From Octopus sinensis (lineage: Eukaryota): 64,000 bases of DNA. The position numbers were made by a program, and so were the translations under genes. This document shows positions 50,234 through 64,000 of this stretch, one piece after another. The stretch covers positions 62,001 to 126,000 of the forward strand of contig NW_021832227.1 of the NCBI RefSeq assembly GCF_006345805.1. The letters run 5' to 3'. The first letter of the stretch is position 1, and each line of letters opens with the position of its first letter. The notes under the pieces were generated by a model, which saw nothing but the letters and a program-made list of their open reading frames with translations, did no database searches and was not told where the DNA came from.

Positions 50234-52028
50234 TAGTTTATATGATTCTGTGTCTGTGAATATTTATTCTGAGGATGTAGAATCGGTTTTGCCTAGAAAT
50301 AACCAACCAGTTCATTCTCAAGATCATTACTGAGATCCTCTAGAAAAGTTAAAGTGTCTTCCTTCTCTCTAGCGTGCGTTTCGGGATCATTCTCCCCATC
50401 TCCTACAAAAGAGCCTTTATATCCTCACGACAACACTATTTGTCGCGAATTTAAGTAAAACAAATTCTCCTTCAGGTGGAGACACTTACTTAAGTTCCTT
50501 TCGATCTTTGGTCAGAAAACAGGCATACCGCCAATTGTCATTGACAAGAGCAAAGGTATATTATTCATGTTTAAGATTGGTGAATTAAAAATATAAAGGT
50601 TGAAAGATCAAAATCGTGAATGTTTTTTTGCCTGGGATTTTATTGTCTATACATTATTTAAAAAATTGAGACGATTTTTCAAATAACAAGTTTTTAAAAA
50701 AAAATTTACACACTCATCAATTAAACCTTATTCACATTTAAAAACAAGTAAACCAAAAAATTAGTTTTTATTAACGAAAATAAATGTTAGTTAGGATTTA
50801 AATTATCGAAGAAATCCAAATTATTTGACTCGAATGACTGCCTGAGGATCCCAGTGATCGTCAAAATGAGAGACTACACATCAGCTTCTAGAAAATACCT
50901 TTTCTATATTCCCTGTCTTCTTGCTCAAATGCAAAATTAGGTCCCTCCACTTTTATTTTAGTTAAAAATAAGCTTACTTATCTCTCTTATTGGTTTGGCA
51001 ATGTAAAAATATGTCACTACCATCGAAAGGGCAAGAGCCTTTAAATATAATGACTGGTTCCACACGTGCTTAAATGGAAACTGCCGAACTGCACCCCAAA
51101 TGGAATAAGGGTACAAAAGCTCCTTTCTTTTACTAAGTCAGTAGGACGATATGGAGATCTTCTGCCAATTGTGGATTGGTGGCGTAATCCAGTAAATTTT
51201 AACATATTTCTGAGTCTTAGTAATTTTGAATCCATTCTAAATTATAATAACTTTTATATATTTAAATTTGAATATATCTGAACATGATTTTATATGCTTA
51301 ATGGATTAAATACTAAGGTTATCAAATACCACACTAGAGTTAAAATAAAACTTGTATGAATAAAAATATATTTTCAAGTCAAATATTATAATTTATAAAA
51401 AAAACTTAATAAATTTGAACAAAAGGTGAAATTTTAAGAAAACTTATTCTATAAAATAGTCATTCCCGACTATTTCGCTCGACATTTTACTTTGGAATGA
51501 CAGCTTTTCGATGAAAAAACTTAATTTCTTTTTTTACTTTTTTGGACGATTATACTTCTAACGACAATTATATTCGTGTATTACTAACTCTATGGGAACG
51601 CTAATATCTATAATTGATTTTGAAACTCTTTATCTTAACAATTGTGTTATTAATCGAATATAAATTTCAATACTTGTATGACGATTTATTCGCTGTTTTG
51701 AAAATAGTTGATTTTATAAAATTCGAATGAATGAAATATATTTAATGTCAATGACCAATAAAATAACTAATAAAAGCACAAACTATTCTAAAATACGCGA
51801 TACAGGTTTGAATTATAAATTTTTAATAAATATTGTGGTAATTTTCTAGTCTAATTAGTATATAAAGTAAAAAAATTACACTTAAAAACATTAAAATAAA
51901 TTATTTAATTATTTCTGAGTACATAAAATGTAGACAGAGCAATTGATTATCGATATGAATCTGATAATAAAAAAACATAAGGCAGATGCCGTTTAATTAG
52001 TCTGATTTCCGCATTTTTATATCTAAAT

Positions 52029-53335
52029 ATGCATCATGAGTTCAATTTGTCTGGTACTAACAAACACAGTTTCAATCACAACAGATTCTTTCCAAGACCA
52101 AAAATACGTTCCGTTTATCAACAACAGCTCACATCCATGCGAGGTTTGTGGGGACTTAGCGACTGGTTATCATTACAGAAAGTTGACATGTGAAGGTTGC
52201 AAGGTCAGCTGGGCTTGTATTGACTGTAGGGATTCTTTCGAAGAACAATTCAGAGGAAAATCCAATATCAGTGTAAATGGGAAAAGAAATGTACTGTCGA
52301 TAAAAACACGAGGAATCAATGTCAGGAATGTCGATTCCAAAAATGCCTGAAAGTTGGAATGGCACAAAATTGTAAGTAATCTACGTTTAGTGTCATTTTA
52401 GTAGTTCTAAACGAACATCAAAGAGTTGCTAAACGAAGACTAATTGAAGAAAACAGATTAAGAAGAAAAAATCATTTATCAGAAAACTCGTCTGCTTTTA
52501 TCGAAAGACTGTCCGTTCTCCCACTAGAAGATCAAATCGAGATCCAGAAGATCACACGTGCTTATGAAAATTTGATTCTACCGATTTTGGCAGAAAGAGA
52601 AAATATAAAAGTCATTTCCTCCCAGAAATTTAAAAACTCAAAATTCTTTATTTCTGACGATAACAGCAAATGGGGTTATATTTTAAAATCCATGACCGAG
52701 GCACTGAGCCGATTGATTGCTTTTGCCAAGGTCATCAAGGGATTTAATAAAGTAAGGGTTTATGATTTTATTTTCGAGTTTTCACTACAAGATCAAAAAA
52801 CACTTTTACAGAATTCATGTATTGAAACTATTATGCTATGTTTTTTCCAAAATTATGATTTTGTTGAAAATTGGATTCCATTTCCCAATGGAGTCAGGAT
52901 AATTAAAAACTGTATGAAGGAAGAAGCGAACCAAATTATTTTCACTCAAATTTTTGAAGGCGTTCAAGCAATTATTGACTGTAGTTTTGACAATCATCAA
53001 ATCGCCATTTTGCTTTGTGTTTTGTTGTTTCAAATTGGTTTAAAAATATGTCATATTTAGATTTTAATCGACAAGAGTTACAGGAACCTGACAATGTGAA
53101 AACAGAACTTGAAAATTATCTTAGAATATTGAACAATTATTTAAAAAATAATAACTTAATCTCAACAAGAGACAAAATCTTTCACCGCCTTATGCTTCTT
53201 CGAAATATTTCTACAAAAATTCTCGAAAAAATTTTGTTTCTTCGTTGTAACAACATACAAGAAATACCAAAAATATTTTTAGACTGCTTAAAAATAATGG
53301 AAAGTAGATTTAACCTCAATAAAAAAGATTTTTAG
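52029..53335 (+). CDS. THR: Thyroid hormone receptor-like nuclear receptor (NR1A)
   Basis: [22 protein letters not shown]|[26 protein letters not shown]; TR-specific hinge [18 protein letters not shown]; LBD signature [14 protein letters not shown]; AF-2-like PKIFLDCL; about 5 micro-introns. Confidence 0.88.
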
Positions 53336-53559
53336 AAATTAAAATTCTTTTTTAGCTAATAAATAAGGATTTGAATTGAATATTTAAAGCACTGCCCATC
53401 TATTCCGCTGTCCTGGTCTTCTTTTGCTCCGTAAAAAATTTTCCATTCACTCCCCGGAGGTCCTATAGGAGCAACCTGGGAGGGCGCTGTTGTTTCTGCA
53501 AGCTGCTGGTCTCATAACTTAATGTGAGATCGGGGTTATGCTGCAACAACAATTTAAAG

Positions 53560-54720
53560 CAGCGGTTTCCAACCGAGGTGTGCGCAAAATTTTAGCGGCT
53601 GCGAGATTTTTAAGATTTATAGTTACTTTCACATTTGGCAATCCGCCAGGCTGCTGGCCTTCCCTTCGATTAATCGATCTTAATTAATTTAATTTGTAAA
53701 AAAAGGATTTCTTTCAGATTTAAAAAATAAAAAGCAAAATTTTTCGAATCTGAAATCTATTATTTTTAGATTATACCTGACTTTTTTGATTGGAAGTTAA
53801 ATTTATATAACTGGAACAGCACTTTCTAAATTAACATAATGGAACTAATAGTAGTTGCAATGATTTCGAATAGAGCTTGATATGATTCGCAAATGACTTA
53901 TCTAACTTAGGATTTGTATATCTTGATAAACTGATTTTGCTTGTCTCTTATAAAGTGGTCTATAACATTGCAAAGTCTATTAAGCCACATAAAGTCGGAA
54001 ACGATTTGATAATACCATGTCATTGGAAATAGTTCCATTAATACTCGGAACAAAGTCGAAACAAAAGATTTAATCAGTCTCGCTATCCAATAATATAATT
54101 CACAGTAGAGTTAAGCAATGATATTTTGTTCCAAATTATTACAAAGATCAAATCAAGTTCTTTCCTTATATCTCTTCAGTTGGACGAATTAACTGATGTC
54201 TCTAATTGTAGTCAACTTTTTGCACTAGTGAGATATTTTCATGATTGTGCATTGAAAGAATATCTTTTGTTTTGTGAAGAATTAATAATCACGAATTTAT
54301 TCAGATGCTGGCTTATTAGACCGACATTTTTAGTCACATAAATAATTTGAGTTTATCTCATCAATGTACAGATGTTAACATACTTAAATGCCACGAAAAA
54401 TGGCTAAATTCAAAAATTAATAATTTTTTGACGTCGTCGAATAGAAACATACAATCTAATGGATTTCTCAACCTTAGAAAAGGTGGTCAACAATTTAATG
54501 AATCCTACTCTTAGTATAGAAATGATGTCTCATTTAGGAGTATATTTTGGGACGGATCTAAATATTTCGGATGAATGGATTTTGAGTCCTTTTTTGTATA
54601 ATCTTAAAATTATACCAGATGATCATGAACTCAAAGATCTTATGATCTTCGAACAAACAGTGCATTTAAAGTAAAGTTTCAGGAGTTTTAGAGTTCAGTA
54701 GTGAAAATATACCACAATTC
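53560..54720 (+). mobile_element. Degraded Buster/ZBED5-like hAT
   Basis: ATTTAAAG|CAGCGGTTTCCAACC left end; LQLDELTDVSNCSQLFALVRY..LLFC; EWILSPF. Confidence 0.65.
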
Positions 54721-54736
54721 TTAATAGTTAATATTT

Positions 54737-54991
54737 TTAATCAAAAATATTCATTATTATGTTTACACGGATTGCCAAACTGTTTCCCCGGATAATGGCG
54801 ATAGAAAACCGTTGCAATAGCCAGTCCACCTCCAGAGGATCGTGATTGCGCATTGAGATTTTGGCTCCGAGCTTGCGGAAAAACTTTTCAGTCTTTGGAC
54901 CGAGAGCACCCGACGTCTCCGCCACTATCGGCACCACGAAAAACTCCCAATTATTCCTCGAAATAGTCTTTCTGGAATTCGTAAACTCCAA
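54737..54991 (-). mobile_element. CRE-like RLE 3' fragment (same family as 44667)
   Basis: PIVAETSGALGPKTEKFFRKLGAKISMRNHDPLEVDWLLQRFSIAIIRGNSLAI. Confidence 0.8.
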
Positions 54992-55019
54992 CAGGAATGT
55001 TTAAACTCACTTTACAATG

Positions 55020-55260
55020 AAGCGGAAAATTATAAAACGATTTGTCAAAGAATGCTCAAATTGAAAGTTTTCTATTCCATAAAATTAAAGCAGGTTTCAG
55101 ATCTTAATTTCAGGATTGTCAAAATACAAAATGATTGATTTCAACAAGACCTTATAGACGTTAAAATATTTACCGATACAAATGATGGCTACAAATGAAT
55201 ATTTACCGTCATTGATGCTTACAGTAAGTATGCCATTTGTAAAGCAGTTAAAAATAAATC
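55020..55260 (+). mobile_element. Degraded Ginger-type integrase fragment
   Basis: KRFVKEC remnant; FQQDLID..NDGYK*IFTVIDAYSKY parallels the 13382 ORF. Confidence 0.55.
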
Positions 55261-56329
55261 TCTATCGAATTTAAATTCACAATATTTTAAACGGATAAAT
55301 AAAAAATGAATATTCATCAATCTAAATACAATTTTTTATTTGGTAATGACATAAGTTTAGTAAATAATTAATAGGTTTGAGTATAAGGGATTATGGGACA
55401 AATCCTTCACTAAGCTAAACAGATTGGAATCTTCATATGGAGAACCAACTGAAATCATTCACATTTTTTCATACAATAATCGACTAGTGGTTTATTTTAT
55501 TACTACATATTTTTGATTAAGACACGTTCGGGGAAATCTATAATAATTAATATTAATCAAGTAAAAAAATAAACGCTTAATTTCAATTAATTCTTTACTG
55601 TTAAAACAGTTAGCCACGCTATCCTTTCTGCTCTTAAGCAACCTTAATTAACTTATATTTTCTTTTGTTGATTAATATTTTTCTTTAAGTTATTGATTAG
55701 AACGCAATTAATTTTGACACTGTAACAGGCATTATAATAGATTGACAGGCGACATCACCATTGGATGGGTACCTCATGTTGGACGCGACTATTAGCCTCA
55801 TTTGAATTGATAACTTTAATATTACGTGATATGACCGAATGGTTCTGGTTAATTAAGACACTCAATTTTAGCAATCAGTATGATAAAAAACAATCAATAA
55901 ATTAATTAAGAGATAACGCTGTCGACAAAAGAATTACCTTAAAATTACGCCGAAAGATGTCAAAATAAGTCTTATCAGGTGATCTTGTTACAGACTTTGG
56001 GTTTGTTAAAGGTCTGTACCTCGATTTTCAAAAGAAGCCCACATGTACGTTTGCCGATGATATCATTTATTTCAAAGGCAAGGACAACAAAAAAAACATC
56101 GGAAAAGCATATTTTTTGATTTTTCTTATCTTCTCTGGAAAAGGTGAATGGTCATTGGGGCCTATACATTTTTAATAGTTTAGAAAATTAATTTAATAAA
56201 AGAGTATAGAATATATTTAAAATTATGCATTTATTATTAATAAAATATATTTGTATTTATTATAATCTGGTTTGTTATGTTCGATTTTATTATATATTTT
56301 AAACATTATTAATTAATAATTGTGTAGTA

Positions 56330-57973
56330 ATGAATGAAACTTTAAATCTTATGGAAGAATCAACACATCCTGTCAAAAATGAACCAAAAAAAGAAAAAAA
56401 GTTTCCCCTAACAAACTCCCTTCTGTATATAAAAAAGAATATACTCCCAATTGTAATAAAACAACAAATATCTTGGCCTTTCCGAAAACCTGTGGACTAC
56501 CAAGGCCTAAATTTACTTGTTTGGCTTACTTTTATTATTTTCAGGATTATCCACTGATAATAAAAAATCCGATGGATCTTTCTACAATTTCTAAACGTCT
56601 TAACCACGGCTATTACGAGAACGCCTCCAAATTGACCGACGACTTTAATTTAATGATAAACAACTGTCTCACATACAATCGTCCTAATGAAGTCAGATTT
56701 TGTCATTTTTTATCCTAGGATGTCTCACACATGGCGGAAGCACTAAAAAAATATTTTGATGAGAAGCTCAAAAAACTTCCAGCCGAGGGAGTTGATTTTT
56801 TCCGATTTCTAGGAGTTTACCCCTGCGGAAGGCAAGAAGAGGGAACAAAATAAGCCAAAAAATAATGATTTGGTGGCTGAAAAATTAGCTTCCGTGGCAT
56901 TTTGGCTATATCGTTTAGGCAAAAAAGTCAAAATTTACGGCAGCACTTCAAAAACGTTGCTTCAGTTTAATTTGTGATTTTTTCGACCCAAAATACGTGG
57001 TTTGGGATTTTTGTAACTTTCAGTCATTTTCCGAGCCGTTTTATCATCCCGTGGACACAATTCGATTTCCGGATTACCTCAGCATATGTTCTACGCCGAT
57101 GGATCTTACAAAAATTAAAAGAAAGGTCGAACTTTTGAAATACGAATCATTCCACGAATTTTCCGACGATATTAAACAAATATTCCACAATTGTTTTCTC
57201 TATAACGTTGTTGGGTCAGAAATATATCAGCAAGCTCAACAACTCAAGGTTTGGGGTCATTTTTGAATTTTTTGTAGAACTTGTACAACGAGCTTATGAG
57301 TGAGACATGTACTCACTACTGTAATGAAGAAAGGGTCGAATCTCTGATGAGATCAGTCGAAGAACGAGTTGGAGAATTTCAATATTTTAGATCAAACCTA
57401 TCGAAGAAGATATTTTGGAACTAAAAGGAGGCAACACGAGACATTCTTCTCGGAGGAGTACATTAAACGGGAAAAACAGTTTAAGAAGAATTGCGGAGAA
57501 TTTTGAAAGTGACGATGAAGTTGTCTACTCTTATGAAGATAAACGGCGAATATGTGGATTTGTCACCACCAAGCTGCCAAGTATTTCTGTGCTTTTTGGA
57601 AAGTCAAAGCAAACGAGTTAGGGGAACTGATTTCGATGTGTCGTAAAGAATTGAATTTCAAGGGCCTCGAAGAATTGGTCATTGATTTTGACAATTTGAA
57701 GAACTCGACTATTCGGAAGATTGAGAAATTTATTGAGGGATACAACAATAGAAAGGAATCTGGTTGCAAGTCTGAATTCCGACTTTTAGTAAAAAGGAAC
57801 ATTTCAAGAGAAGTCGCTAGTATTTCTAACTCTGCCAAGAGTTTTATATTGTTTTGAGATTGTTAGAGACTTGTGGTGGCAAGTCTGCTATGGAAATGAA
57901 GAATCATCTTTCGGAATCATCGTCCAATCCTTTTAGTGACTCAGAATCCGACAATATGATGGGACTAGGCTAA
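56330..57973 (+). CDS. BET-family protein (two bromodomains plus ET domain; BRD2/3/4/fsh-like)
   Basis: BD1 SWPFRKPVD..PMDLSTI..NCLTYNRP; BD2 EPFYHPVD..PMDLTKIK..NCFLYN; ET domain YSYEDKRR..IDFDNLKNSTIRKIE; micro-introns. Confidence 0.9.
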
Positions 57974-58379
57974 ATTAACTTTTTTGGTAAAATTGACTTA
58001 ATAAATTAATTTCCGATAATTTGTTGATTTCTTTATTAAATTCTTAGCTATGTCCCTTAGAGGGAAAATGAGGTCTGTCGCTGACTTGGTTTAGTACTGT
58101 ATACCGGCGTCGTTGAGAATGTTCAACAAATTAATTAGGTTACTTGTCATCCCAAAAAGGAACTAGGGGCTCTTCACGTTATAACAGCCACAACCAGATC
58201 ACCTTAGGTTCCTAAAAGCAATAGGGTTTCATTCAGTAAACAAATACTATCAAACTGTTAGAATATTTCGATTCGAAATCAGAATACTCTGATTCAGAAT
58301 CTGAAATAACAATATCAAATTTTAAGTTTAGTGTGCACAAAAATGATGTCATTTATTGATAATTAGTGTATAAGTATGA

Positions 58380-59000
58380 TTCTGAAGATATCGCCCATAG
58401 AAAGATATTATCGATCGCTGCGTATAACAAATTTCTGAACATTTAGAGGTTAAAGAAACTGAATACAAAGACAAAACTAATGATATATAACACGTTTATT
58501 GTTCCTGTCTTGACGTATAACGGATCGACATGGGGAATCACCAATGCTGATACGAACAGTTTGAACCAATTTCATCGAAATCAACTGAGAAGAATTATGA
58601 ACATACAATTCCTAAGAAAAATATATAACTCGGCCTTATACAACAGATCTAACTCGACACCGATCTCCATGGACATCCTGGAATACAGATGGAGACTTTT
58701 TGGGCACATATTGAGACTGGACAACCTCGCTCCGCCAAACATCGCCATGGAAAACTATTTTGCCCAATCCAATATTTTGCCTAGGTCTTTCCGAGAAAGA
58801 CCTAAAGTCACTCTACCTATCGCATTAAACGAAGACTTGACAGGAGTAAACAAAAGACTGAAAAGTGGGGACGATCTTGATTCATTACGGACTATAGCAA
58901 AGAACAGGGGGGCATGGAAACGGATGTGTGTGAGGATACTGGCTGTGGAACAAGGAAAATTTAAATTTATGATTTTCCCACAGTGCTATATAATAATAAT
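58380..59000 (+). mobile_element. RTE-like LINE ORF2 3' fragment
   Basis: IYNTFIVPVLTYNGSTW..FHRNQLRRI..YRWRLFGHILRL..NRGAW. Confidence 0.75.
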
Positions 59001-60197
59001 AAATATGAGTCAAGTGTCTGTCAAACAAAAGCCCTTTTACATAATTGTTACTTCAAACTAAAATGTATATTTAATAGTATAGAGTCTTAATATCGTTATT
59101 TGGTAGTGTTTGTGTAAATAAAAAGATAATTTTGGAGTATTTTTTTCTTTTTTGGAGATTATTGAATACTTGTTCGGAAAAGAGACTGCGAATATATTTA
59201 AACTGATTTAAAAAATCTGAGCTTTTAGAGTCTATTTTTGAGCTTTTAATCTCATATAAGCTCAAAGGTGAGTCTTTAAAGTTCTAATGATTTACTTCTA
59301 ATAACGATATTTAACTTTTTTTCATTTTTAATAAATGTATCTCAATTTGAGATATACTCATTTTGTGATAAATTTTTTTGAATTTGATCTTATCACATGA
59401 ATATTTAAAAATTGACATTTTTTCAAAATAGAAAAACAATTATCATACAAGAACTAAGAAGTTCTTTTTTGTTAGATACGTTTTTGGAAAATTTGTTTTA
59501 TTATCAGAAAGTAAACTAGACATTCTCTGTTTTTGTTATATCTACGTAAATTGTTTATTGTTCGAAGTCCCATTTGATTTGTAATAAAAAATATTTATAA
59601 ATTTATCAATGAGCGCTCAAATTATATTACTGTAAAAAGTGATTCTTAAAGCATTATTGGATTCATAAAAAGGTAAATAAAATGGTTTTGTGATAAAAAG
59701 TGCTTGGTCAGTCGGTTAATAATCCTATGAATTAGTAGCTTCAACTAACAGGTTTTTCTGTTATTTTAAAAATACGGGACAAGACCAAAATTATATTTCG
59801 AAGACCCATGATTTATGTTTTTTAACCATAAAAATTTAAAAAACTATGAAAATTAAAAAAACTCTGATAGGACAAATGTCGGATATCAACTATTCAATTG
59901 AAATCTGTTTATGCCGGTTCGTAACTATTTTATGCCAATTTAAAATTTTTGCAATAAAAATTCAATTAAATTTGTAATTTAGGTTATTTGCACACAAGAA
60001 GAATTGCATTCGGGTAACAACAAATATTTTGCGAGATACTTAAATTAATAAAAAGGTATTTTGAAGCATGGGTTAGAATATCTTGAAATATTTAAAATTG
60101 TTAAAATATATATTAAACAAATTAAAAAAATCTCTTTTATATGGTTAACCATTTAGAAATATACTAAATAAAATTATACCGCACTAAGATACATAGA

Positions 60198-61642
<1,445 letters not shown>

Positions 61643-62699
61643 TTAATCTTTAACTGGTCTCTTTCCTTTTTCTTCCTAATGATCTAATTTTCTAATATTT
61701 ACTCTTCCCTACAAATTCTCATAGAAATAAGTTTTTTATCTTTATTCCTTATCTCAGCTATGTTGGTTTTTATTTTTCAATTCCTCAAATTCTTTCTATT
61801 TTATCAAATGAGTTTCATTTTTAATGTTTGTCTAATTACCATGCCATCAGGAAACAGTTGCTAGTTTCAATGAATTTTTACATCATATTTATTGTTTAAT
61901 GGAAATAATTGTTAAAGCACTTTTTGAAATGCTAAGCAACTGTTAATATTAGTTCGGTTTTGATAATTCATTATTTTTTACACTACTTATTTATTAAACT
62001 ACACAATTGTAACTATAGTTATTTCTCCTAACAACTAAATTTGTTAACTCTGCTTTTAATTGTTGCCATATTAATTCATCAGCATTATTTTTCGTGCTAT
62101 AAATTTAATCTAGATTAACAGACTCTGTTGCTAAGATTTTTCTTAAGTACAAGCACTTTAAACTTACCATTATTTTTTGCAGAGATTTAGAAGATTATTT
62201 TCTTATTGTAAAGAGAAGTTATTAGATTTTTTTATTTAGTGATATACTTAAAACCGATTTTCCTATTCTGTTATTGGATAAAATAATTTGCAAACATTCA
62301 ACATGACTTTAACCACTGATGGTGTTCAAAAAGGATTCAGCTGCAATTTTTTGTAACAATTGCAAGTCAATCTGTTCGCAATCTGTCTTCAATATTATAA
62401 TTATTAACTAATTTTGCTAATTTATATTATTAAAAAAAGTTCATGAATATCTTAAAGAAACAGTCCCTGTTATCTAAACCAGTCAGAATATATTCTGTTT
62501 ACTGAAACCTTGTTCTATTTTGATAAAATCCCATAAGAAACGCGGCAATTTTGTGAACTAAAGCGAAAAGAAAAATCTATTTCATCACAATCACATATTT
62601 CTCTCATAGTAAATATTGAAAAGCAAAATTTGAATAGATTTCAAAATATAATTATTTGTGATCACTATTAAAAGGAAGACACGACACCACTTCTTCGGA

Positions 62700-64000
62700 T
62701 ATCTACTTTTACTCTTTAAACCTAACATCAAATATTACATGGAACACAATGCATCAGCTATCATCAGCTAATACAGCAATCCTAATACAAACTTATGCCC
62801 TAATCAACATTCTGAACAATAACATTTTCATAAACTACAAAAGATCCAGATAGAGTCTTCATCAAACCGAAACAAAAAAACTTTTCTCGGAAATTATATG
62901 AGACAAACGCCTATCAAATATACATAAATCCAACAAGCTTTTCACTGTTATTATCTCGAAAGCAGCGAAAAGACACATCCTCATGGGGAACATTAAGAAA
63001 TACAACCCGTACTACATCAAAGAAATAGCAGATTTACTGAAAGATTTCGACAACCTCAAACATAATACGTCTCGGTCAAGAATCACGGATATTGCCACCC
63101 GACTAAGGGAACTAAACAAGAACAAACTCAAGAAAAGGAATAAAGAAAACTGGCGTCAGTTCGCCAATACCCTCAACTAAAAAACAAAAATACTCTTCAA
63201 AACAATAAACAGAGTCGTTAACTCCAACAATGAAGAAACTCACGAGTCTATAAAATTTTAAAATGGTCTACCTACTGACAAAGAACATGCCAATCTGTTG
63301 ATGAAACACTTCAAAAACCTCAGCCACCGCAAACAAGACTGTCGCTCATACAAACCACGAGTACAAAAATACCCCCTTGACCACAATTCCAATCCATTCA
63401 CCAAGAAGAAGTAAAAAAACGTAATTGCCAACCTCACACAATCCCATGCAACTGGACCCGATAACATTAGCAGTTTCCACCTAAAGGGTTGGGTGATCAT
63501 TGATTAAAATATCTCACATCGATACTAAATGAATCTTTTAACAACAACACCATCCCACGAATATGGAAAATTTGGAAAATTGTCACGAAATTAAAACCAC
63601 ATAAACCAGCTGCCGACCCATCATCATACAAACCAATCACACTTCTGTGCACCTCCTCAAAAATAATGGAACGTCTAGTTCTAAACAGAATATCTTATAA
63701 ACATCCAATTAGCAAAACGCAATATGGCTTCAGACATTCAACGACAACTGTACTCACAAATATGACACAAACAATATCAAACGTACTCAACAAAAAAAAC
63801 CCTCCCGTTCGGAAAATATTAATCACCTTGGATCTAGGCAAAGCTTTTGACTCCATTCCACGACTCCCATTAATAAACAAAATATCGATAATAACTCAAA
63901 AAGATAGATATCTAATTACCTCAGTGTGAGACAAAGTTATGTCCAACTCAACAAAAAACGCTCAAATACAAGCATCATCCCCAATAAAATTCTTTGGGGC
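62700..64000 (+). mobile_element. Degraded APE-type LINE ORF2 (linker plus RT N-half), runs off the window
   Basis: ATGPDNIS; TIPRIWK; SYKPITLLCTSSKIMERLV; QYGFR; LDLGKAFDSI. Confidence 0.85.

Overview
AT-rich eukaryotic (metazoan) genomic DNA. About half of the window is nested transposon debris, set between very compact genes whose GT-AG introns are mostly 24-35 nt. Micro-introns together with a clear thyroid-hormone-receptor orthologue point to a reduced bilaterian; a dicyemid-like mesozoan fits best, but this is inference. Host genes: beta-1,3-galactosyltransferase-like, a partial SLC6, SLC44 (CTL), SLC7 (LAT-type), a probable PSMG1, a small tandem-CCCH protein, TR-like nuclear receptor, BET bromodomain protein and alpha-tubulin. 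Mobile DNA: (1) three Helitrons of one family, each carrying a homogenised ~94-bp satellite array behind a (GTCT)n 5' end, one with a nested inverted copy; (2) a near-intact hAT (TIRs, 8-bp TSD) whose transposase has host-sized micro-introns, one looking like a tandem-duplication intron gain; (3) a Ginger-type integrase element inside a pogo element, plus a 39-bp Ginger-like mini-element; (4) a near-full-length APE/RT LINE; (5) Tc1, pogo, RTE-like, CRE-like and R4/NeSL-like fragments. Many ORFs, including alpha-tubulin, have single-base homopolymer frameshifts suggestive of long-read consensus error, so pseudogene calls are uncertain. All homology calls are by-eye motif recognition; no searches were run.
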